DNA of 64,000 bases from an uncultured Gemmatimonadota bacterium (GTDB lineage: Bacteria > Blakebacterota > Blakebacteria > Blakebacterales > Blakebacteraceae), in assembly GCA_964637695.1 (NCBI GenBank), contig CAZWVF010000003.1:14838-78837 (forward strand). The letters run 5' to 3'. Positions within the stretch are counted from its first letter, which is position 1, and each line of letters opens with the position of its first letter. The translations under genes were made by a program, and so were the position numbers. Positions 55,637-63,604 of the stretch are shown here, piece after piece. A model generated the notes under the pieces. It saw only the letters and a program-made list of their open reading frames with translations, had not been told where the DNA came from and made no database searches.

Positions 55637-57298
55637 ATGGAGGAGCACATGACGGAGGAAGTCGTCGAGGCGGACGTTCTGTGTGTGGGAGGAGGGATCG
55701 CAGGTCTGATGGCCGCGATCCGGGCCGGAGAGTCGGGAGCGTCGGTGGTTGTCGTCGAGAAGGGTAATGTCCGCTACAGTGGATGCGGGCGTTCGGGAAA
55801 CGACCATTTCGAGGCCTATATTCCCGAGGTCCACGGATCCGATATTGACGAATTTATCGAAGAGCTGCTGAAGACCGCCAAGGGTGAGATCCTGCTGGGC
55901 AGGAACATCTTCAGGACCCAGTTCGCCAGGACGTTGAGTATCGTGAAGCTCTGGGACCAGTGGGGCATTCCCATGAAGTACCAGGGGGGGTGGGAATTTG
56001 CCGGTCACTCCTTCCCGGGACACAAGATGACCCATATCAAATACGAGGGAAGGTTTCAGAAGGAGGTACTGGTAAAGCAGGCGAAAGACCGGGGAGCAGT
56101 CATTCTGAACCGTGTAATGGTGTTTGATCTTCTGCGACATGGTGACCGCGTCATCGGTGCTCTCGGCGTCCATACGAGAGAGGAGAAGATTCTCCTGTTC
56201 AGGGCGAAGGCCGTGATCCTGGCGACCGGCAAATGCTCCAGGCTCTACCCGAGTCTGACCCCCGGGTGGATGTTCAACGATCCCCACGGAGGAGTGCAGT
56301 CGGGAGATGGTCGGGCCATGGCATATCGGGCTGGAGTCGAGCTGCAGAACGTGGAGATGCCCCAGCGTCACATTGGACCCAAGTACTTCACAAAGTTCGG
56401 ACAGGCCTCCTGGATAGGGGTAGTGAAGGATCCTCAGGGGGAGCCTGTCGGCGACTTTGTACAGAAGCCGGACCGGAAGTACGGGGACATGATTCTGGAG
56501 GCCAACAAGCTTGTAGCCGAGGAGTATCGGGCTGAGGGGAAGGGCCCTCTCTACATGGACTGCACCGGAATTACCGAAGAGGATTATAAGTACATGATGC
56601 ACTGGATGGAGCACGAGGGGAACATATCTCTCCTGGACCACATGAGAGAGGAGGGGATCGATATCCGCAGACACCCGATTGAGTTTTCAACCTATCCCCT
56701 CCGGGCGGGGGGATTGATCGTCGCCAATGAGAAGGCGGAGACGAATCTGGAAGGATTGTACTCCACAGGCGATGAATCTTTTGGAGACATCTCTGCTGCG
56801 GCAACTTTCGGCTGGATAGCGGGTGAAAATGCGGCACTTGCTTCCCAGGAGACGCAGGCCGGTGACATCGAAGTCGAGAGGCCGAAGATCGACGAGATGG
56901 GGAGCTTCATCGAGCAGCTCAGGGTAAGATCGCAGGGACCTGACTGGATTGAGACGAACATCGCTCTGCAGCAGGTGATGAACGACTACGCCGGTATGGT
57001 CCGTAATGGAGCATTGCTGGAGCAGGGCCTGAGCCACCTGAAGAGGGTCAGGGAGAAGGCCCGTTGCGAGTTGATCGCCAGAAATCCTCATGAGCTCTGG
57101 CGATGCCTGGAGGTTATCAACCTGCTTGAGATTGGTGAACTGGTCCTGCTCATGGCGCTCGATCGCAAGGAGACAAGAGGCCTTCATCGGCGTCCCGATT
57201 TTCCTGAAATGGATCCGATGCTGGACAAGGCTCATGTTGTGCACCTGATCGATGGCACGCCCAGAATCGAGTGGCGGAGCTATCAGGGAGGAAGATAA
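55637..57298 (+). CDS. FAD-dependent oxidoreductase of the succinate dehydrogenase / fumarate reductase / AprA flavoprotein family
   Basis: ADVLCVGGGIAGLMAAIRAGESGASVVVVEKGNVRYSGCGRSGNDH is an FAD dinucleotide fold with AprA/FrdA-like continuation. 553 aa. The start may be the second ATG at 55649 (GGAGG 5 nt upstream). The minus-strand ORF 55586..56674 is an antisense shadow. Confidence 0.75.
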   Translation: MEEHMTEEVVEADVLCVGGGIAGLMAAIRAGESGASVVVVEKGNVRYSGCGRSGNDHFEAYIPEVHGSDIDEFIEELLKTAKGEILLGRNIFRTQFARTLSIVKLWDQWGIPMKYQGGWEFAGHSFPGHKMTHIKYEGRFQKEVLVKQAKDRGAVILNRVMVFDLLRHGDRVIGALGVHTREEKILLFRAKAVILATGKCSRLYPSLTPGWMFNDPHGGVQSGDGRAMAYRAGVELQNVEMPQRHIGPKYFTKFGQASWIGVVKDPQGEPVGDFVQKPDRKYGDMILEANKLVAEEYRAEGKGPLYMDCTGITEEDYKYMMHWMEHEGNISLLDHMREEGIDIRRHPIEFSTYPLRAGGLIVANEKAETNLEGLYSTGDESFGDISAAATFGWIAGENAALASQETQAGDIEVERPKIDEMGSFIEQLRVRSQGPDWIETNIALQQVMNDYAGMVRNGALLEQGLSHLKRVREKARCELIARNPHELWRCLEVINLLEIGELVLLMALDRKETRGLHRRPDFPEMDPMLDKAHVVHLIDGTPRIEWRSYQGGR

Positions 57299-57525
57299 TG
57301 CCACCGATCATTGATTCTGATCTGTGCTCACGCTGCGGTCTGTGTGTGGAGATCTGCTCGGAAGATGTCTTTTTTGGATCAGAAGAGGGTGAGCTCCCAA
57401 CGGTGACATATCCTCTGGAGTGTATCCACTTCAGCGGATGCGTCTACGAATGTCCGGATGGAGCAATTAAGCTCCGTATCCCTCTGCCGATGCTGCTGGT
57501 GTACAGACCCACCTCAACCGGCTGA
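57298..57525 (+). CDS. small 2[4Fe-4S] ferredoxin resembling the N-terminal ferredoxin domain of AprB
   Basis: MPPIIDSDLCSRCGLCVEICSEDVFF...LECIHFSGCVYECPDGAIKL. The CxxCxxCxxxCS ... CxxxGCxxxCP spacing resembles the AprB N-terminus. GGGAGGAAG RBS. The start overlaps the stop of the flavoprotein (TAATG). Confidence 0.65.
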   Translation: MPPIIDSDLCSRCGLCVEICSEDVFFGSEEGELPTVTYPLECIHFSGCVYECPDGAIKLRIPLPMLLVYRPTSTG

Positions 57526-57545
57526 TAGCGCGAATACCTGCTGAC

Positions 57546-58949
57546 ATGAGACAAACGAAGGCCCCACCGGCGGAAGAGCGATCTCCCACATTCCCTGAAG
57601 CGGTTATCACGGTGGTAGTCATCGCCGTCACGATCATCGTCTGCCTGCCTCTGCAATCGGGCCTGCAGGCCGTATTCCTGCCGTTGACCCTGGGTGTGGG
57701 CGTTGTCGGGGTGCTGAACCTCATCCTCCGCAGGTCGTGGGGGGGCTTTCAAAGAGGCGTAATCGAAGGAGTCAGCAAGGTGAGCATCGCGATGCTCATC
57801 CTGCTGCTGATCGGTGCGCTCGTGGGGGTATGGATCCAGGGGGGAGTCATCCCGACTCTCATCTACTACGGCCTGCACATACTCTCACCTTCCTTTTTTC
57901 TCCCGGGTGCGTTTCTGGTCTGTCTGATCATTTCGATGGTCATGGGTACCTCCTTCGGCACAATCGGAACGGTGGGCATTGCCCTGATAGGCGTGTCGGT
58001 GGCCCTCGGAGTGCATGTACCCGCAACCGCGGGGGCTATTCTGAGCGGTGCGTATTTCGGCGACAAGATGTCACCCCTTTCGGATACAACCAACATCGCG
58101 TCCGCCGTGGGGGAGGTCGATATATTCCGCCATATCCACTCGATGATGTACACGACGGTCCCCGCCGGGATCATCACCTTCGTCCTTTTCTATTTCGCCG
58201 GACAACGTGCCCTCTCCGCGGATCTTACCCAGCTGCAGCCGATGCTGGAGGGAATCGGGAATTACTGGAACATCTCCCTGTTCCATATCGTCCCGATCGT
58301 GTTGATGCTGGGAATGGCACTCTGGAGAGTCGGTACGCTGCTGCTTCTGTTCATCAGTTTTGTCGTGGGGGCGGTCTGGGCAGTGGTTTTCCAGAACGCC
58401 TCTCTGACGTCGGTGTTCATCGTCGCTACGTCCGGCTTTCAAAGCGAATCCGGTGTCGCGAGTGTGGACCAGGTGTTGACGCGCGGGGGGATTACCTCCA
58501 TGCAGGCGGTGATAATCCTGATTCTTCTCGCGGGAGCCCTGGGTGGCGCCATGAAGGTCACCGGGGTGCTGGATGTTCTCGTAGATGGTCTGGCGCGGTG
58601 GATCAAGAGCACGGGGTCCCTCATTGTAGCGGTGCTCGTCTCGGCATATATCGTGATTCTGTTCACGGGCAATCAGGCGCTCGCCCTCATCCTGGTAGGC
58701 CAGGTTTTCCTGCCCGTTTTCAGGGAGCGGGGTATCGACAGTACCGTGCTCACACGATCGCTGGAAGACTCTGGAACGATTGCAGCTCCGCTGGTTCCCT
58801 GGGGAGTGGCCGGGGGAGTGTGCTCCGAACTGCTTGGTGTCCCCACAATCCAGTATCTGCCCTATATGTGGTTTGCATTTCTCGTGCCTGTTTTCTCGGT
58901 AGTCTATGGCTATACCGGATTTGCCGTATGGAAGGCGACGAACGATTGA
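57546..58949 (+). CDS. NhaC-family Na+/H+ antiporter (second paralogue)
   Basis: GTSFGTIGTVGIALIGV and SGAYFGDKMSPLSDTTNIA are collinear with the product of 31816..33216. The overlapping ORF 57737..58954 is a GC-rich alternate frame. Confidence 0.8.
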   Translation: MRQTKAPPAEERSPTFPEAVITVVVIAVTIIVCLPLQSGLQAVFLPLTLGVGVVGVLNLILRRSWGGFQRGVIEGVSKVSIAMLILLLIGALVGVWIQGGVIPTLIYYGLHILSPSFFLPGAFLVCLIISMVMGTSFGTIGTVGIALIGVSVALGVHVPATAGAILSGAYFGDKMSPLSDTTNIASAVGEVDIFRHIHSMMYTTVPAGIITFVLFYFAGQRALSADLTQLQPMLEGIGNYWNISLFHIVPIVLMLGMALWRVGTLLLLFISFVVGAVWAVVFQNASLTSVFIVATSGFQSESGVASVDQVLTRGGITSMQAVIILILLAGALGGAMKVTGVLDVLVDGLARWIKSTGSLIVAVLVSAYIVILFTGNQALALILVGQVFLPVFRERGIDSTVLTRSLEDSGTIAAPLVPWGVAGGVCSELLGVPTIQYLPYMWFAFLVPVFSVVYGYTGFAVWKATND

Positions 58950-59141
58950 TATAGGAAACCATCGACCGCTATCCCCTTGAAATATTTCATCTTCTATGTG
59001 CCGCAACGAGTCACGAATACTATAACATCTCCTGATTTACTTGTGACAGTCTGTCATATCTGATATGAATATTTATTCCCCCCAAGTAGCAGCTCTCCAG
59101 TGAAATAGATCTGAACCTCCTCAGAACTATAACGCATCAGG

Positions 59142-59161
59142 ATATTCCCTTGAAGGAATAT
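59142..59161. promoter_or_regulatory. inverted repeat ATATTCC-N6-GGAATAT 20 bp upstream of the HigB-like toxin start. Candidate antitoxin operator.
   Basis: Seen directly. A second palindrome TGACAGTCTGTCA lies at 59044-59056. Confidence 0.3.
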
Positions 59162-59180
59162 TCCGGGAAGGTTATAATTT

Positions 59181-59546
59181 ATGTGGCAGGTCGAATATAC
59201 GGAAGAATTCGGAGAGTGGTGGGAATCGTTAACGGAATCTGAGCAGATCGACATCGATACTGTTGTCGGAGTGCTCGAACGCCTGGGTCATCACTTGCCG
59301 TATCCGTACAGCTCAGCGATTAAGGAATCCATGTACGGACATATGCGGGAGTTGCACATCCAGCATGTCGGGCAACCGTACCGCATCCTGTACGCATTCG
59401 ATCCGAGACGGATTGCCATCCTCCTGATTGGTGGGAGGAAAACCAGTGGCAGCAGGTGGTACAGGAAGCATCTCCCCATCGCAGATCGGCTGTACACAAC
59501 TCACCTCCGGATGCTCCAGAATTCAGGGGAGGGAAACGATGACTGA
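59181..59546 (+). CDS. RelE/ParE-superfamily toxin (HigB/Gp49-like type II TA toxin)
   Basis: MWQVEYTEEFGEWWESLTESEQIDIDTVVGVLERLGHHLPYPYSSAIKESMYGHMRELHIQHVGQPYRILYAF has the phage Gp49/HigB-like fold pattern. It is followed by an overlapping HTH gene. Confidence 0.75.
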   Translation: MWQVEYTEEFGEWWESLTESEQIDIDTVVGVLERLGHHLPYPYSSAIKESMYGHMRELHIQHVGQPYRILYAFDPRRIAILLIGGRKTSGSRWYRKHLPIADRLYTTHLRMLQNSGEGNDD

Positions 59547-59850
59547 GCCATACAGAAACCTGAGGGAAAAGATATCTCCCAGGGCCAGGGAACTGGCTGT
59601 CCGGAAGACGCAGGAGATTGTGGCTGAAATGGCTCTGCAGGAGCTGCGTCTGGCGTTGGAGTTAACCCAGGAGGAGGTAGCGCGGCTCCTGAAAACGAGT
59701 CAGGCGAATGTTTCTAAACTTGAGCGTCGGACCGATATGTATATCAGCACATTACGGGAATTCATCCAGGCAATGGGTGGACAGTTGGAAATTGTCGCCA
59801 GGTTCCCCGGGGGATACGTGAAAATCGATCAGTTTCAGGATATCGCATGA
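59539..59850 (+). CDS. HTH XRE-family antitoxin (HigA-like)
   Basis: ATG 59539 with AGGGGAGGG upstream, overlapping the toxin stop. LTQEEVARLLKTSQANVSKLERRTDMYISTLREFIQAMGGQLEI is a Cro/C1 HTH. The track ORF 59428..59850 is in the same frame but its upstream part is an extension. Confidence 0.7.
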   Translation: MTEPYRNLREKISPRARELAVRKTQEIVAEMALQELRLALELTQEEVARLLKTSQANVSKLERRTDMYISTLREFIQAMGGQLEIVARFPGGYVKIDQFQDIA

Positions 59851-59893
59851 TAGCGAAGGGGCGTTGGATGAGATTTGACGGGGGACAGGGAAC

Positions 59894-59923
59894 CTGGTGC
59901 CGGGGGCGGGACTCGAACCCGCA
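59894..59923 (-). repeat. repeat copy A: 30-nt perfect match to the reverse complement of a tRNA 3' end (GCGGG-TTCGAGT-CCCGC T-arm, CCCCGGC acceptor strand, A, CCA). No 5' half is present.
   Basis: TGGTGCCGGGGGCGGGACTCGAACCCGCAC is identical in copies A, B and C. No GCCGGGG partner strand within 100 nt, so it is a tRNA-3'-end fragment (att-like) and not a gene. Confidence 0.6.
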
Positions 59924-59985
59924 CGCCAGTGGCAGGTTTGCTGTAACGTCACTCACACCACTATACTGTATACAGGAAACGAACA

Positions 59986-60300
59986 ATGAAATACGGAGAG
60001 ACCAGCATGTCCCGTGACGAAATACTTGAGTTATTGAGGTCACACTATACTGAAATGGTCGAGCGCTACGATATTGCCTCACTTTCTATCTTTGGGTCGA
60101 TAAGCCGTGATGAGCATGATGACAGCAGTGACCTGGATGTGCTTGTATCCTTCCAGGGGGCAGCAACATTCGATGGATATATGGGACTGAAGTTCTATCT
60201 GGAGGAACTACTTGGCAGACATGTAGATCTCATCACTCCGCCAGCCTTGAAACCTCGTTTCAGACGTAGAATCGAGAATGAGCTGCTCCATGTCGCGTGA
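59986..60300 (+). CDS. nucleotidyltransferase-domain protein (MntA-type antitoxin)
   Basis: IFGSISRDEHDDSSDLDVLVS is the GS-x9-DxD minimal nucleotidyltransferase motif. It is paired with a HepT/DUF86 gene. Confidence 0.8.
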   Translation: MKYGETSMSRDEILELLRSHYTEMVERYDIASLSIFGSISRDEHDDSSDLDVLVSFQGAATFDGYMGLKFYLEELLGRHVDLITPPALKPRFRRRIENELLHVA

Positions 60301-60637
60301 TCCTTTGCTCTATCTTGAGGATATTATCGAAGCATGTGATAAGATCCTGCTCTACACAAAGGACACCAACTTCGATAAACTGAAATCAGATTCAATGTTA
60401 TTCGATGCAGTTGTGCGAAACATCGAAGTAATGGGAGAAGCTGCTAAAAACGTTTCTGATGCTCTCCGTCAGGAAGTACAGGAAGTTCCCTGGAAGGAAA
60501 TCGCTGCAATGAGGGATGTTTTGGCGCACGTATATTTCGGCGTCGATCCCGAGATTGTTTGGGATATCGTTACAACTAAGGTCGAGCCTCTAAAGAGTGC
60601 TATTGGCAGGTACCTGGAACAGCACTCTGAAGAATAA
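60290..60637 (+). CDS. HepT/DUF86 HEPN-domain toxin
   Basis: RDVLAHVY is the R-x4-6-H HEPN motif. It overlaps the MntA stop by 11 nt (alternative start 60278). Confidence 0.8.
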   Translation: MSRDPLLYLEDIIEACDKILLYTKDTNFDKLKSDSMLFDAVVRNIEVMGEAAKNVSDALRQEVQEVPWKEIAAMRDVLAHVYFGVDPEIVWDIVTTKVEPLKSAIGRYLEQHSEE

Positions 60638-60649
60638 TAAAACAATCCC

Positions 60650-60727
60650 TGGTGCCGGGGGCGGGACTCGAACCCGCACACTTCATTCACCTATTGTCAT
60701 CTATTTGGAGCACAGTTTAGGGCGCAG
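60650..60727 (-). repeat. repeat copy B: tRNA-3'-end fragment plus the conserved downstream block ATTGTCATCTATTTGG...GGGCGCAG
   Basis: Same 32-nt head as A and C. It shares ATTGTCATCTATTTGG and the GGGCGYAG tail with copies C and D. Confidence 0.6.
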
Positions 60728-60752
60728 ATAAACAGCGCGCCTGATGTGTGTC

Positions 60753-61341
60753 TTAATCCGATATCTCTCCAGAGTCTTCATTTGTCTGCCAGGGCCCGCC
60801 GGGCGGCCAAGATTGAATGGTTGTTTTCTCGTCACGGGCTGATGCAAGGACCGGCAGCAGGAAGGCAGCCAGTTCCTCGATAACAATCTTCAGATCTTTG
60901 GCCGGTTTTTCCAGTCGGTTCTTACTCAGAAATGCCTGCCACTGTTTCTGCTTTTCTGGGCTGCTGCCGAATTCCCCGCTCAGGGCGGTCGGTGTATTCT
61001 CGGGTAGAGGCGTCTGACGACGTGTGAAGGTGTTCCGAACAGCTGCGGCCAAGGGAGTATTATTGTACTGCTGTGCTCGTGATAGGATGAGAATATCGTA
61101 AAAGTCCTTCATGCGGCTGTTGGCGAAATCGCGTCCGACTGCCGAACCATATGAGCATCAGAGCAGCACCTTTGAGAGTAAACTGCTCTACATGGGAAGA
61201 GCAGGAAAGACGGTAAAGGAAGCGCTCAATGGCGAAGCGGGTAAAGAGCAGGTTTGGATCGACACCCTCATCTTGGCTGAGATTCAATAGCCGCTGTTTA
61301 ACAGAGGCGGCTATGTTTTTCAGCGGTGATCGCGCAGTCAT
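60753..61341 (-). pseudogene. AbiEii-type nucleotidyltransferase toxin gene, disrupted by a frameshift
   Basis: The N-terminal part (ORF 61060..61341: MTARSPLKNIAASVKQRLLNLSQDEGVDPNLLFTRFAIERFLYRLS...FTLKGAALM) and the C-terminal part (ORF 60753..61112) lie in different frames and overlap around 61060-61112. Confidence 0.6.
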
Positions 61342-61946
61342 TGAACCAGAGTCTCCAGGTAGGGCTGGATGACCTTCTGCACCCGACAGACGACAGCGTA
61401 CCGGTTCAGTGCAGACAGGTCCAGCCGTCGTTCTCGCCAGGCTTCTGTAAGAGCCTCCAGGACGACATCCATACCGATCTTGTTCCTGTATTTGAAACAG
61501 TCGGCAATAGTTTTATTGAGATTGAAAACAGCTATCTTCTGCTTCTCGATAGTGTGGAACTCAACTCCTGTTGAGAGAGCCGGGTCTGAATATCTCACAA
61601 CACGTAGAAGAGGATATTTAAGAGCGGGTTTTCGCATGCGGTTTGGAATTGCTAGCCATACCTCGGATGGTATCTGAGTCCCTACTCCATGATATTGAAG
61701 AGAGGAGAGAAGACAGATCACACCGCGTGAGACGGCAGCTGAGACTAGCACCAGGGCGTGATATTCAGTAACATCACTCCCCTTCCAGCGGTAATAGCCA
61801 CGACTGATCCATTCCAGGAGTCCTTCTTCCACAAGTCGAGTCAGTACCTGGGAATGGATACCATTCTCGAGTGCCTGTTTAGCCGAAATAATCCCGCTTG
61901 AACGTGCAATCTCAATGGTTCTGGTACGTTGTGTAGCATGCTTCAT
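61338..61946 (-). CDS. AbiEi-type antitoxin / transcriptional regulator
   Basis: N-terminal winged-HTH-like region (IEIARSSGIISAKQALENGIHSQVLTRLVEEGLLEWISRGYYRW) and a position directly upstream of the AbiEii remnant, overlapping it by 4 nt. Confidence 0.7.
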   Translation of the reverse strand: MKHATQRTRTIEIARSSGIISAKQALENGIHSQVLTRLVEEGLLEWISRGYYRWKGSDVTEYHALVLVSAAVSRGVICLLSSLQYHGVGTQIPSEVWLAIPNRMRKPALKYPLLRVVRYSDPALSTGVEFHTIEKQKIAVFNLNKTIADCFKYRNKIGMDVVLEALTEAWRERRLDLSALNRYAVVCRVQKVIQPYLETLVQ

Positions 61947-62057
61947 GTGTGATAATGTATATAAATATTAATAAATGTCAACACAATCACACACACTATT
62001 AACATTCTTATTGTAGTCCTCCAATACCTTCCGACATATGATATCCTCGAATATTTC

Positions 62058-62132
62058 TGGTGCCGGGGGCGGGACTCGAACCCGCACACCACCACCAATT
62101 GTCATCTATTTGGGGCACAATCTGGGGCGTAG
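62058..62132 (-). repeat. repeat copy C: tRNA-3'-end fragment plus conserved block ATTGTCATCTATTTGGGGCACAATCTGGGGCGTAG
   Basis: See copy B. It lies between abiEi and the secreted hypothetical gene. Confidence 0.6.
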
Positions 62133-62220
62133 TTTCCTGATGTAATTGCGTTTGCTTCAATAAGGTAGTCTAATCCGAGTAGAATCCAGTTACACTGATC
62201 ATTGTTGGAGGAAGTCATCG

Positions 62221-63438
62221 ATGAGATTTTTACGGATATTCATGGTAGGAGCCATATGCTGCACTGGTATTGCTCTTCTCCCTGCCTGGGCAGGTTTGAT
62301 ACCTACCTCTCAGGTACAGTTAGGGCCAGACGGAGTACAGGAGGTTGTTTCGAGAGCCCGCCGACCACTGCCACCACCCTGGCGTCTCGAGGAAGATCTC
62401 ATTGTCGGTGTGGAATATGGGGATGAAGAGTACATGATCAGGAATCCAAGGGATTTCACTGTCCTCGAGGACGGTTCGATCGTCATCTTCGACAGCAATC
62501 CCTTTCAACTCAGGGTGTATGATTCAGAAGGCAGATTCATAACGGAATTCGGACAGGCCGGCCAGGGACCGACAGATCTGCCAAGTTATGCTGTTGGAAG
62601 AGGTGTATTAAGGGACGCCGGACCGGATCGCTTCGAAATCTGGAGCGGTTGGCCAACCAGGCTACAAACCTGGAATATAATCGGCGAGATGCTATCGGTG
62701 GAGACCCTTGATGAGGACCATCCCTTCCTGCGGGGCAGGGCACCCAGGATAATCAAATTATCGGGAGAACGTGTTTATGGATTAACCCTGGCGGTCAGGA
62801 GCCCTCGCCCGGAACTGCGCCAATGGGTCACTACCCTTCTAGTTTCGGGTTGGGAAGCCACTGAAGCAGATACCGTCAGGTTTGTTGAACACTCCGAAAT
62901 GCCTTTTGAGACCGGCTGGTTCCTGGAAGGATCGGGCGTCTTCCCTTACGACGACATACTCCTCACACGAAATGGGAAATTGTATATCTCCAGTTATGAG
63001 GAGGACTGGGTGCGGGAACTGAATCCGGCTTCAGGTCAGGAATTGCTCCGCTTCAAATGGGAACATGAACCGGATTCCTTTTCGCAAATGGAGATAGATA
63101 ATCCGAACAAAGAATTCGTGGATAATGTCAGGACCGGCTTCGAATGGTTCCAGGAGAGAGTATCGATCATGCATCTGGCCGAAGGACCGGATAGTGAGAT
63201 CTGGGTCCAGCGCATCGTGTGGCCCCGTGCAGGAGCAGGCAGGACATTCAAACATGGCTATGAGGAGGGAACCTGGCCGACTGATGTGTTCAGCGCTTCC
63301 GGAGAATACCGGGGCCGAATGACCCTTCAATATGAACCTCGGACACAGAAGATGGTAGGTGACTACATCTACGCCATCGGCTCGATCGAAGGAGGCGCCG
63401 CGGCCCTGATACGATTCAGGCCCATACCAATACGGTAA
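62221..63438 (+). CDS. hypothetical secreted protein (signal peptide; repeated Gly/Trp-containing beta-strand segments suggest a beta-propeller-like fold)
   Basis: N-terminal MRFLRIFMVGAICCTGIALLPAWAG signal. 405 aa with no recognisable catalytic motif. Internal minus-strand ORFs 62310..62508 are artefacts. Confidence 0.45.
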   Translation: MRFLRIFMVGAICCTGIALLPAWAGLIPTSQVQLGPDGVQEVVSRARRPLPPPWRLEEDLIVGVEYGDEEYMIRNPRDFTVLEDGSIVIFDSNPFQLRVYDSEGRFITEFGQAGQGPTDLPSYAVGRGVLRDAGPDRFEIWSGWPTRLQTWNIIGEMLSVETLDEDHPFLRGRAPRIIKLSGERVYGLTLAVRSPRPELRQWVTTLLVSGWEATEADTVRFVEHSEMPFETGWFLEGSGVFPYDDILLTRNGKLYISSYEEDWVRELNPASGQELLRFKWEHEPDSFSQMEIDNPNKEFVDNVRTGFEWFQERVSIMHLAEGPDSEIWVQRIVWPRAGAGRTFKHGYEEGTWPTDVFSASGEYRGRMTLQYEPRTQKMVGDYIYAIGSIEGGAAALIRFRPIPIR

Positions 63439-63484
63439 AGGATAAACTGGCACGCCTTATCTCTTGTACCGTTACAGGTCAATT

Positions 63485-63548
63485 GGACTCGAACCCGCAT
63501 TCTACAATCACTTATTGTCATCTATCTGGGGTGCAATCCGGGGCGCAA
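63485..63548 (-). repeat. repeat copy D: degenerate copy (GGACTCGAACCCGCA...ATTGTCATCTATCTGGGGTGCAATCCGGGGCGCAA) lacking the acceptor/CCA part
   Basis: It shares the T-arm half and the ATTGTCATCTATYTGG block with copies B and C. It lies between the hypothetical gene and the Ser/Thr kinase gene. Confidence 0.5.
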
Positions 63549-63604
63549 ATTCCGGTCGTATTTGCTTCACTACCAGTATCCGACTCCGGTAGAATCGCGA
63601 TATT

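Noticed and set aside
55586-56674. 362-aa minus-strand ORF
   Set aside because: It is antisense to the FAD oxidoreductase gene, which has a clear dinucleotide-binding fold.
57737-58954. 405-aa plus-strand ORF overlapping the second nhaC in another frame
   Set aside because: The translation is Arg/Gly-rich with no TM pattern. The NhaC frame has conserved family motifs collinear with the first paralogue.
59894-63548. Complete tRNA genes at the four repeat copies
   Set aside because: Each copy has a perfect T-arm, acceptor 3' strand and CCA. The required 5' acceptor strand (GCCGGGG), D-arm and a 7-nt anticodon loop could not be found within 100 nt of any copy, so they are fragments or att sites and not tRNA genes.
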